DNA from: Octopus bimaculoides
Lineage: Eukaryota
Direction: 5' to 3'
Length of the DNA: 64,000 nucleotides
Assembly: GCF_001194135.2 (NCBI RefSeq)
Contig: NC_068982.1
Span: forward strand, 16,253,292 to 16,317,291
A program made the position numbers and the translations under genes. Shown here one piece after another: positions 25,009-36,128 of the stretch (the first letter of the stretch is position 1; every line of letters starts with the position of its first letter). Under the pieces are notes generated by a model. The model saw only the letters and a list, made by a program, of their open reading frames with translations, did no database searches and had not been told where the DNA came from.

Positions 25009-25900
25009 TCAAATGAATAAAATATGTTTGATCAAAACAACTCCTTATTGGCCGTTCTATGTTAGGAGAAGATTTCAAATAACAAGCTATTTGCTAGAAT
25101 AATTAAAGTAGTTATAATAGTACTACCAATTTTAAATTCTTAGTATCCACTTACTTTACCAAGAGTAAAGTCTCACATGAATTTCAACAAATTCAGTTTT
25201 TCAAATTAAATAGTATTACAAACTATATGAAAATAAACGAACATATAAATAAGCAAATACAAGCTTTGATATTTATAATACATAAATAGGAGGTAGAGAA
25301 AGAAATAATGGAAGGGACATTTCATTTTTATTCTTGGAATTCAAAGACAGTCTTAAAGGCTAAAGAGATATTTAAAAAATAGCTAAATAAATAGAAGTCA
25401 TTTTTCGTATTTTTGTTATATGTTTGGCTATTATAGTCTGGTTAGTTTTAAGTGATATTTTCTAAAAGAAAGCAAACATTGAAAAAGAAATGGTGCCCCC
25501 AACTGAAAAATCAACTCGGTGACATTTGTAAAACTTTAGCTTCTGTGTTGCTGAAAATACAACTGTAAACTCTTGTAAACTAATTACACAAAACGAACTA
25601 AACTGAAAAGAATTTAGATTAAAAAGTTTATATACACACACATCCACACACACATTCATATATATATATACATATAAAATTTGACTTTCCACTTCACTAC
25701 TTTGACAACAAATCAAGATAATTTAGAATTAATTAAATCATCTAATTTAAATTGTAATTTGAAGCTAAATTCAAGTAAATTTAAATTTCAAATAAAACAT
25801 TTATAAAACAACTATCAGCTAATTTCACACAGACATACATATATGCATGAATGCACACATACACACACATATATATGTATGTGTGTGTGTGTGTGTATAC

Positions 25901-25931
<31 letters not shown>

Positions 25932-26670
25932 AATATATATATATATGCATATATATATATATGCATANNNNNNNNNNNNNNNNNNNNNNNNNNNNNNNNN
26001 NNNNNNNNNNNNNNNNNNNNNNNNNNNNNNNNNNNNNNNNNNNNNNNNNNNNNNNNNNNNNNNNNNNNNNNNNNNNNNNNNNNNNNNNNNNNNNNNNNNN
26101 NNNNNNNNNNNNNNNNNNNNNNNNNNNNNNNNNNNNNNNNNNNNNNNNNNNNNNNNNNNNNNNNNNNNNNNNNNNNNNNNNNNNNNNNNNNNNNNNNNNN
26201 NNNNNNNNNNNNNNNNNNNNNNNNNNNNNNNNNNNNNNNNNNNNNNNNNNNNNNNNNNNNNNNNNNNNNNNNNNNNNNNNNNNNNNNNNNNNNNNNNNNN
26301 NNNNNNNNNNNNNNNNNNNNNNNNNNNNNNNNNNNNNNNNNNNNNNNNNNNNNNNNNNNNNNNNNNNNNNNNNNNNNNNNNNNNNNNNNNNNNNNNNNNN
26401 NNNNNNNNNNNNNNNNNNNNNNNNNNNNNNNNNNNNNNNNNNNNNNNNNNNNNNNNNNNNNNNNNNNNNNNNNNNNNNNNNNNNNNNNNNNNNNNNNNNN
26501 NNNNNNNNNNNNNNNNNNNNNNNNNNAAAGACGGAAGATGGAATTACGAAAATTTTATTATTAATCATGACAATGGATTCATATATTCCATTTTCCATAT
26601 ACATAACAGTCACTGTAAAAGTGACCATGCTTTACCAGTAAGCTACCAGGTGCAAGCCATTCCTTTTATT

Positions 26671-26712
<42 letters not shown>

Positions 26713-26829
26713 AACACACACATACATATACACAAACACATTGCATTGCGCTGTTACTTTCACACATGTTTTTTGTTGTGGATTGCTCTTGTGGTATATA
26801 TGTGAGGTAGTGACCCTCCAGTCATCTCT

Positions 26830-27780
26830 TTAATTCATGTTGACCAATTCAAAAATTTTTCCAGTCTCTTATTTTTGACCTCTTTTATGCAGATGATTGC
26901 AACTTAGTTGTTCATATTGCAGAAAATATGCAAATTCTCATGGATTATAGTTCTGTATTTTGCAAAGCATTTAGAGTCAGTATTAGCCAGGACAAGGCTG
27001 CTTTAATGTTCCAGCCTGCACCAGGAAATCCATATGTGAAACCATCCATTGTAATTGAAGGGACACAACTGAAAGTTGTAGACAAGGTTGTCTATCTGAG
27101 CAGGTGCATTCAGCCGCTTTAGCTTCAGGGATGATGAAATATCTTTAAGGCAACTGATTTCTCCTGGGGTCTTGGGTTGAGTGTGCTGACATTGTTCCTT
27201 TATTCGTATCAAACATGGACCCTTTAAGGCATCATGTAAGGACCCTTGAATATTTCCATCAGAGATGTCTGAGACACATTCTGAATGCTGACTGGTCCGC
27301 ACAGAGGTTTCGAGGGGAGCTGATATTTTAAGCATTGTTTACACGGGGACAGAACACCTTGTTTGGAAGAATGATTAGAGGTGAATTTGTTTGGAAGAAT
27401 GATTATGGTGAATTTGTTAGTGGAAATTCCCCCCCGCCCCCCGCCAGTGAAAACCAAGGCTACAATGTAAGGCTTGTGTAATATCTTTGATGAAGGCATG
27501 TGAAATACGAGAAGTCAATACTTGTCCTCAATCACTAACAGATAAAGAAAAGGGTGGCTATTTTTCATGAAGAACCTAAGTGAGCTTTTTGGCAACACAT
27601 CGCCGGTGTAGTGAATGGCCTGATCTACAATATCTATGAATGTGTATGTTTATCAAGAGTTGGCCTCATTAGTCATCAGAGGAGCCACAAGTGTGGTGTA
27701 TAAATCTGTCTGGGTGCACAATGTTCTTAATGGTCAGTGATGGTTTTCTTCACTCATTACTGGACAGCCATCATCATTAT
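26830..27780 (+). mobile_element. RTE (BovB-like) LINE 3' third, decayed
   Basis: ADDCNLVVHIAENMQILMDYSSVFCKAFRVSISQDKAALMFQPAPGNPYVKPSIVIEGTQLKVVDKVVYLS (RT domains 5-7), C-terminal SRVGLISHQRSH, tail GGACAGCCATCATCAT. Confidence 0.88.
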
Positions 27781-27889
27781 GTATATCTATTTGGCCAGCT
27801 CCTGTCAAACCATCCAATCCATGCCAGCATAAAAACAGACATTAAATGATGATGATGATTATCATGATGATAATGATGATGGTGATATA

Positions 27890-28300
27890 TAAAAAGTACC
27901 ATCCGAACGTGGTCGATGCCAGTACCCCCTGACTGGCTACCATGCTGGTGGCACGTAAAAAGTACCATCTGAACACAGCCAGTGCCAGTACCCCCTGACT
28001 GGCTCCCATGCTGGTGACAAGTAAAAAACACCATCCGAATTTGGCCGATGCCAGTACCTCTGACTGGCCCCCATGCCGAACGTGATCGTTGCCAGGCCCA
28101 CCTGACTCGCTTTTGTGCCAGTGGCATGTAAAAAGCACCCATTACACTCTCAGAATGGTTGGCGTTAGGAAGGGTATCCATTTGTAGAAACATTGCCAGA
28201 TCAGATCGGAGCCTGGTGCAGCCACTGGCTCTCCAGACCTCAGTCAAACAGTCCAACCCATGCCAGCATGGAAAACGGACGTTAAACAATGATGATGATG
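27890..28300 (+). mobile_element. Family B repeat with three internal subunits of about 66 bp
   Basis: Repeated ACCATC(C/T)GAA..TG..CGATGCCAGTACC..CTGACTGGC units, then GGCGTTAGGAAGGGTATCC...GGACGTTAAACAATGATGATGAT. Confidence 0.85.
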
Positions 28301-29839
28301 ATGACACACACATATACTATAGGAGAAAAGAACATGAGCATAACTTGGTATTCCTTATTCCACTTGTTACATATGTTTCAGTATTTCGCAACACATGATG
28401 TCACATTACAGACACAACTAGTTGGTGCAGCTTATAGTGCAGACATGGAGCAAACACATCATCAGACAATCAATAAAGAAATACATCATAGCCAACCATT
28501 AGATATAGATAACCTGTTCGTATAGGCAACAGTGGGAGTTTGATGCGATCAACATCAGAGCTGAAACTTATGAGGTGTAATTGTCACACATTGAGCACAT
28601 CTTAACATAACTATACGTGTATATACAAATACACACACGACCACATATGAACTCCTGCACATAAATCAATATAGATATGCATCAACCACAATACAGATAC
28701 TTATTTATAAATACACAACACATATACATGTATGTGTGCGCGTGTGTTAATGCAGATATTTTGATTTAATGAGACTAAAGTGTAAACTACTTAATGGTCT
28801 AAAGGGTTATAAATAAAAACAAAACATCAATACAAAATAAAAATTTATATTAAAATAGCTTCCAACAAATGTTTAATAACCATGATTATAGGCCTTAGAC
28901 CATTCCACATATGTAATGTACAGATAGTGTTTTTTTTTAAGATCAGTTAGAACTGTACTGATATAGGAAGTTATTTGGTACTTATATTAAATTGCTCACC
29001 ACCATGCGAAAGAGAAATTCTTGTTTTTCCTAGTTGTTCTTCATTTCTCAAAATATCTGAGACACAATAAAAACTAGAATTTGTTCCATCAACTACACAG
29101 GCTTTTCAGTGCCATACTTTCATAGTGTTTTTAATACACCCATTAGATCAAGGTAATATGAGAGCAAAGAGGTACGACCAATATATGTACAAAAATGTTG
29201 CGTGTGTGTGTGTGTTGTGAGTAAAAAGACATACATACAAACACACACACATATCCATATACACACATACATGGATATAAACATATATGCATACATACAC
29301 ATATAAACACACACACACACACACACACATGACTAATATATATGAGAAATTATAATCAAAACAAGTTTATATCAATTGTTTCCTACATATGTTTCCACAT
29401 TGTGGTTGTTTAGAACCTCTGTATTAGATGTTTCAAGTATAATTAGATTCTTTATTGCATTATATTACAGAAATTTCTGTAACACAATGCAATAAAACAT
29501 TCCTCTGATGATTCATAGTGGTTAAGAATCCAGTTGCATTTGGAACATCTAGTGCAGAGTTCTAAACAGCCACAGCAGTGAAATGCAGGCAGGAAATAAA
29601 CAATATCAACTTGTTATTATTGTAATTTCCCCTACATTTGCTCTGCATATTATAACTAGTAATACTACTAAGTATAGTAGTAACCAAACCACTATACTTG
29701 AAGCAGATATGAAACTCTAACTTTACAGTAGCAGTCATACAGTTAACTGTACACACACACACACACACATATATATACAAATATAAACACATATATATCT
29801 ACATATATACATTATATATGCTGAAGTGTTCAAGTCAAG

Positions 29840-30660
29840 GCATTTAGACGTGTGCTGTGTGCAAGAAGTAAGGTGGTGAGGAGCCTCTTCTAGTTTCCTT
29901 ATGGGTAAAGATCAAAGCCACAAACTTTTCTGGGTGTGTAGCAGTGATGGCATGGGTGATATAGGAATATTCTTGGAAGAGAAATGGACAGATAAAGTAA
30001 CTGAGATAATCAGAATGTGTGACAGGATTGTTAAGTTAAGACTAGTATTAAATAGTACAACAGTAACATTTTTCTTGGTATATACTTGATAAGATAGACT
30101 GGCAGATGAACAGAAAACCATGAAGCCCTTCTGGTGATTACCTTTGATAGATGGCTGATGACTTCAGTGAACATACTGAGCAGCACCCTAATGGATTTCA
30201 TGGTATATAAGTTATGGCTTTAGTTCTAGAAATGAGGAGGGACCAAAGTTACAGAGGGATTCAGGTGTTGTAAGCGATACCTCTACATTTATTCCCTTAT
30301 TCTCCCATAATTTACATTGTCTCCCTATTACTGTTCTTTATCACTTTTTCCCACTGCCTGACTCATTCCTGTTTCCTTCACTTCTCCCAAAGTGACATTC
30401 ATCATTGACCATACCTCCATCTATGTGCCCCATTTCTTGCATCCTTCCCAATCCAAACCTCTAGTCATATGTCATACTCCTTTCATGTGCTCACAAACTT
30501 ACTACCCACCCACCTTTTCAGTATCATTCTCTCATTTACATCTTGTACCATGAAGGCACACTTTCACATCTCTCTCTCTCTCTAACTCAGTAAGCCATGT
30601 ATCTCCTCTTCAACAAGACACTTGCTCCTGTCCCTCTGTCACACTTTCCTCTCCCTCTGC
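29840..30660 (+). mobile_element. RTE LINE remnant: AP-endonuclease fragment followed by a CT-rich block
   Basis: DVCCVQEVRW and HKLFWVCSSDGMGDIGIFLEEKWTDKVTEIIRMCDRIVKLRLVL; the CT-rich block 30290-30660 shares the ATGTATCTCCTCTTCAACAAGACAC motif with the reverse complement near 13040-13070. Confidence 0.75.
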
Positions 30661-30669
30661 CAGCTTGCC

Positions 30670-30828
30670 ACATCATCATCATCATCATCATCGTTTAACG
30701 TCCGCTTTCCATGCTAGCATGGGTTGGACGATCTGACTGAGGACTGGTGAAACCGGATGGCAACACCAGGCTCCAGTCTGATTTGGCAGAGTTTCTACAG
30801 CTGGATGCCCTTCCTAACGCCAACCACC
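30670..30828 (-). mobile_element. Young family B tail
   Basis: One mismatch in about 135 bp relative to 63785-63920. Confidence 0.9.
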
Positions 30829-31387
30829 TTAATATAATATATTATATTATAATATAATATAATAAATGTGAATGTCAGTGAGTCACATTTTTTCAACTTT
30901 ACTCCTAGAGGCCATAGCCCAACATATCATACCATTTTGGAATCAGGCTGACTCAATGAATAAATCAAAAGCATTCTGGGCCGAATCCAGACTCACAATC
31001 CTGAAATTTTGGATTCCCTAGATTTCACTACCGTGATTGTTTGTGGCGATTGTTTTACGTGACTTTTTGCGACAAATTTTTTTTGTACAGTAACAAATTT
31101 TATAATCTAAAGGCTAACTTGGTGGATAGATTAAAAACATTCCAGGGTGAATCCGGACCTGTAATCCTGAAATTTTGGATTTCTATGTTTTCATTACTGC
31201 GATTTTTTTTTACGTGATTTTTTGTGACGAATATGATCATCATTGGGTTGTGACTCTGGAGGAGGCAATTGCAACAAATTCTCCAAAATAAGACAGAGAT
31301 CTGTTTGCAGATCTTCCCATTCAGAGTCAGTTACTTAAAAGCTATGTACTAGTATAAAAGCCACCCTATTGGGAGGCTTTTAAGCTA

Positions 31388-31389
<2 letters not shown>

Positions 31390-31429
<40 letters not shown>

Positions 31430-31644
31430 NNNNNNNNNNNNNNNNNNNNNNNNNNNNNNNNNNNNNNNNNNNNNNNNNNNNNNNNNNNNNNNNNNNNNNN
31501 NNNNNNNNNNNNNNNNNNNNNNNNNNNNNNNNNNNNNNNNNNNNNATATATATACATATATATATATGAATATATATATAGATACATATATACATATATA
31601 TGTATATATATATATGTGTATATATATGTGAGTATATATAAATA

Positions 31645-31704
<60 letters not shown>

Positions 31705-31852
31705 GATATATACATATATGTATATAGATATATACATATATACACACATATATATACATGTCCACACACACATATATGCATACATGTATACATACATGTA
31801 CACATACTTATACACGTATATATAGACACACACACACATATATATACATGTA

Positions 31853-31905
<53 letters not shown>
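31390..31905. repeat. Long degenerate (TA)n/(CA)n microsatellite with a gap
   Basis: Directly visible. Confidence 0.95.
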
Positions 31906-31909
<4 letters not shown>

Positions 31910-32731
31910 ATCTGTTTGAAGCTGATGTTACAGCCAATTTCACTCTTGTATTTTCTTTCATTTTGCTGCTCCAGTTGTTGTTGTTGTTTAGAAAAGTAAA
32001 AACCAGAAAAATCAAAGAAGAGAAAAACAAGAGAGAGCAGTTTCAAGTACAAGATGAGATTCAGGCAAAGAGTTGTTTTGATGATGCATAGTTGGCATAA
32101 AGCATTGATAAANNNNNNNNNNNNNNNNNNNNNNNNNNNNNNNNNNNNNNNNNNNNNNNNNNNNNNNNNNNNNNNNNNNNNNNNNNNNNNNNNNNNNNNN
32201 NNNNNNNNNNNNNNNNNNNNNNNNNNNNNNNNNNNNNNNNNNNNNNNNNNNNNNNNNNNNNNNNNNNNNNNNNNNNNNNNNNNNNNNNNNNNNNNNNNNN
32301 NNNNNNNNNNNNNNNNNNNNNNNNNNNNNNNNNNNNNNNNNNNNNNNNNNNNNNNNNNNNNNNNNNNNNNNNNNNNNNNNNNNNNNNNNNNNNNNNNNNN
32401 NNNNNNNNNNNNNNNNNNNNNNNNNNNNNNNNNNNNNNNNNNNNNNNNNNNNNNNNNNNNNNNNNNNNNNNNNNNNNNNNNNNNNNNNNNNNNNNNNNNN
32501 NNNNNNNNNNNNNNNNNNNNNNNNNNNNNNNNNNNNNNNNNNNNNNNNNNNNNNNNNNNNNNNNNNNNNNNNNNNNNNNNNAAAAAAAAAAAAAAAACAC
32601 AAGTTTGGTATCTATTGACTACTGGCTGTTACTGGTAATGGGGGTGACCATATTGGCTCCCATGCTCTTCTTGCCACTGAATGGGGGTGGGGTTACCTCA
32701 CAAAGTACCAGCATTCTCTACATTTCCTTAA

Positions 32732-33204
32732 CTCTTTTGATACCTGACTGGCTCCTGTGCTGGTGGCAAGTAAAAAGCACCATTTGAGCATAGTCGATGT
32801 CAGTGCCACCTGGTTGGCCCCCGTGCCCGTGGCACATAAAAAGTACCCACTACATTCTCAGAGTGGTTGGCGTTAGGAAGGGCATCCAGCTGTAGAAACA
32901 TTGCTAAATCAGATTGGAGCCTGGTGCAGCCAACTGACTTGGCTGTCCTCAGTCAAACCGTCCAACCCATACCAGTATGAGAAGCGGACGTTAAACGATG
33001 ATGATGATGATTGCTCTTGACCCTATGATACAAACTTTCTGTTTTAATGCTGTTTTAGCTAAAACTTTCTTTCAAAATTTCATGTTAAATTATGTTCAAA
33101 ACACCAGATTAACGGCAAAAGTTATTTTACTAAATTCTTTATAATTTTCACAATTAATTGAAATAAAGGCAGTGTACTTCAGTAAAATTAGGGCAACAAA
33201 AGGG
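32732..33204 (+). mobile_element. Decayed piggyBac-type MITE interrupted by a family B copy (32745-33010)
   Basis: TTAA-CTCTTTTGATACC at 32728 and AAAAGGG-TTAA at 33208; shares AGTTATTTTACTAAATTCTTT with PB-B; the B copy ends in (GAT)n at 33010. Confidence 0.6.
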
Positions 33205-33279
33205 TTAAAACTAAAATCAAAAGCAAACCCTACAGGACAATTTTCTCTCCTCTTTTCCAACATCCATAGATTCCATTTC

Positions 33280-33690
33280 AAACTAGACATCACACATTAC
33301 ATAATACTAAGACATAAACTATACATTCTATTCCTTTCTGAATCACAAATCTTTCACTCCTTACCTTTTAGTCTGTCTACAATTTTAATCCAGGCTATAC
33401 ATTTTACTCAAATTTCATTCAGAAAGATCCTGTCTGTGTACATGCAATTTTCAGTCATCCTACTCACCTGACGATCAACAACAACAAAGTCATTCAGTTA
33501 CTCTGGCTCAAATTTTCCTTCCTCAACTCCTCTAAGTGCATCTACTTCCTCGACTACTCTGCAAACTCCTGAAACCACCAACAACTCCTAAAACTATATC
33601 TTTCTGCATTAATGACAACTATATCATATTACTGCTCCCTGAAGCATCAACTTCAGTGACTTCAATGCCCAGAACTCAAGATAAATTAGT
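33280..33690 (+). mobile_element. CR1-like LINE AP-endonuclease fragment
   Basis: KLYILFLSESQ, NPGYTFYSNFIQKDPVCV and SDFNAQN (GDFNAH-like) motifs in order, with frameshifts. Confidence 0.5.
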
Positions 33691-33692
33691 AT

Positions 33693-33708
33693 TAGAGAGA
33701 GAGAGAGA

Positions 33709-33767
<59 letters not shown>
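33693..33767. repeat. (GA)n microsatellite
   Basis: Directly visible. Confidence 0.95.
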
Positions 33768-33769
<2 letters not shown>

Positions 33770-33789
33770 GCTAAGGGAAATGTAGGTAA

Positions 33790-34080
33790 TCTAATGTAAA
33801 ACACTTGGGGGTATTAAATATAAATCAGGTTATAAGTTAAGGATTAGTTCTCACAGGGTTGCCTGATATGATGAATTAATTGTAAAGGGTTTACATATTT
33901 TATGGTTGAAGATAAGAAAGTTTGGGGGAATTTTTTAAGAGTGGAGGAAGAGAGCGAAGGCAAAATATACTTAGTCAAACAAGAAAAATTGTTTTATAAC
34001 GTCAAGTTGGTTCAAAGGAATTTCTAAAAGCAAAGGTGCTGGTGGATGAGAAATGATTTGATGGCTTGTGGGTGACCAGT
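33790..34080 (-). mobile_element. Possible CR1-like LINE 3' end
   Basis: Weak resemblance of the minus-strand translation to the Y..SFF.....NSLP....LQ.FK terminal motif. Confidence 0.3.
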
Positions 34081-34199
34081 GGAAAGTGTGGGTGAGGTCA
34101 CATACACATGTACACACACACATTTGTTTGAACTAATATCACACACAGACACACACACTCACTCACACACACACACACACACACACACGCACATGCACA

Positions 34200-34345
34200 G
34201 TGCTTCTAGAAGTCAATTTCACTGCGGTGGGCAAGTCTTCACGAGAACAGCACAATGCCAATCATCTTAGTCCTTGTTAAGTCCTCTGTGAGGTCCAAGA
34301 CCCTGAGATTAGCCTTCACCATTTTGTTCCATGTCTTCCTAGGTC
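34200..34345 (-). mobile_element. RTE ORF C-terminal fragment
   Basis: RPRKTWNKMVKANLRVLDLTEDLT on the minus strand. Confidence 0.55.
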
Positions 34346-34649
34346 TCTCTTCCATAAACGCAGACTTTTTTATTGCTAGTGTAAGACTTGATGAAAGAAA
34401 GTATCTTCTATTTAATCTTTGTTAAATAAGGGAAGGTTAAAGAAAGGAGGGTTATCAACTGCAAGTTTGCATTAAAACCACAAACTGTAGTTAATATAGT
34501 AAAGATTGTAAATGTTTCTGAGATGACATCATTCTAAAGGTGAGTCTGGAATGTAAATAAACCACACAAATACAATGCTGTATCGTTAAAGGAGATACAG
34601 AGCGAGAGATGTAAAAAATTGTCTCACCCACAACATATAACTTCACTAA

Positions 34650-35070
34650 AATTCCAATAATTATTACAAAACTTTCAAATGGAAAATGATCTGTGAGACC
34701 TGACAGTTGGATATTGGTAGAGGAATATCATATTCCACAGGAACGCTGGGCAACCTGTTCAAAATGTATCTCATCAATCATTTAACAATGGCTAGTGTCC
34801 ATGATAAGCCAGACTGGCTAGCAGTTGCACAGACAATACGTATGCCTGAGAACCAGGAGATGCATGTGGCCTGAAATTACAGGCCAATAGCATACTTAAA
34901 TATTTTGTAGAAGCTATACACAAGTTGCATGAATATCTTTCTTTAAGATCGCTGCAAAACAAACAATGTGATGATTGATGAGCAGGAGGGTAGAAAGAAG
35001 AATGTATGAGATTGTCATTAATAAAGCCGTCCTTAAGGTAGTGGAGTAACATTATGGAAATAAACTAATA
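34650..35070 (+). mobile_element. R4/Dong-like non-LTR RT fragment
   Basis: PDWLAVAQTIRMPENQEMHVA*NYRPIAYLNIL*KLYTSCMNIFL*DRCKTNNVMIDEQEG matches the P.WL..G.T.L.PK....KNYRPI.CL...YK..T...EQ.G pattern; several stops. Confidence 0.7.
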
Positions 35071-35131
35071 GAATGACAATTCTATAAGACACTGCTTTTT
35101 CTAAATACTGTTTTTGTAATTTAGCTTATAG

Positions 35132-36128
35132 CTTTTATCTTTTACTTGTTTCAGTCATTAGACTGCAGCCATGCTGGATCACTGAACTGAAGAACTTTCA
35201 CTCAAATGAATCAACTCAGTAATTTTTTTTTTTTGTCTGTAAGCCTGGTATTTACTCTATTGGTCTCTTTTGTTGAACCACCAAGTTACAGAGGCATAAA
35301 CACATCAACACCAGTTGTCAAGCAGAAGTGGGGGACAAACACAGACACACACATTACATAAATACATATAGGATGCCATGCCGGTGGCACGTTATGAAAA
35401 GCACCATTCAAGTGCTGTCGATGCCAGTGCCACCAGACTGGTTGCCATGCTGGTGGTACATGAAAAGCACCCACTACACTCTTGGAGTGGCTAGCGTTAG
35501 GAAGGGTATCCAACTGAAGAAACCTTGCCAAATCAGATTGGAGCCTGGTGCAGCCTTCCAGCCTGTTTAATGTCCACTTTCCAGTCTGGCATGGGTTGGA
35601 CGGTTTGACTGAGGACTGGTGAGCCAGAGGTTGCACTAGGCTCAATCTGATCTGGCAAAGTTTCTACAGCTGGATGCCCTTCCTAATGCCAAACACTTGC
35701 GGCCGGAGGATCATGGTTTCGATTCCCAGACCGGGTATTGTGAGTGTTTATTGAGTGAAAACACCTAAAGCTCCACGAGGCTCCGGCAGGGGGTGGTGGC
35801 GACCTCTGTAGCACACTTTCGCCCCAACTTTCTCTCACTCTTACTTCCTGTTCCTTGAGTAACACTGCGATGGACTGGCATCCCATCCAGCTGGGGGGAA
35901 TACATACGCCATAGAAACCAGGAAACATGGGCGCATAAATAAATAAATTATATATATATATATATAAGTATGACAAGCTTCTTTCAGTTTCCATCTACCA
36001 AGTCCATTCACAAGGTATTGGCCAGCCCAAGGCTATTGTAGAAGACACTTGCACAAGCTTTCACACAGTGGGACTGTACCCAGAACCATGTGATTGGGAA
36101 GCAAACTTCTTACCACACAGCCACACTG
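35132..36128 (-). mobile_element. SINE family A split by nested insertions
   Basis: A 3' half at 35132-35372 and A 5' half at 35965-36128; between them two B pieces (35375-35570 +, 35570-35690 -) and a tRNA-SINE (35695-35935 +). Confidence 0.8.
35695..35935 (+). mobile_element. tRNA-derived SINE with a V-domain-like motif
   Basis: B-box GGTTTCGATTCCC; GCGATGGACTGGCATCCCATCCAG resembles the V-SINE-type motif; ends in (AAAT)n. Confidence 0.55.

Noticed and set aside
26528-26640. Cadherin-like peptide FIINHDNGFIYS next to a gap
   Set aside because: Too short, upstream sequence is missing, and no other cadherin motif is present.
27003-27499. Minus-strand ORFs of 110 and 91 aa
   Set aside because: They are antisense to the RTE LINE fragment.
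27890-28140. CRISPR-like regularly spaced repeats
   Set aside because: The whole unit is repeated with no unique spacers, it lies in a eukaryotic retro-repeat, and there are no cas genes.
34792-35052. Cys-rich minus-strand ORF resembling a zinc finger
   Set aside because: It is the antisense reading of the R4-like RT fragment.
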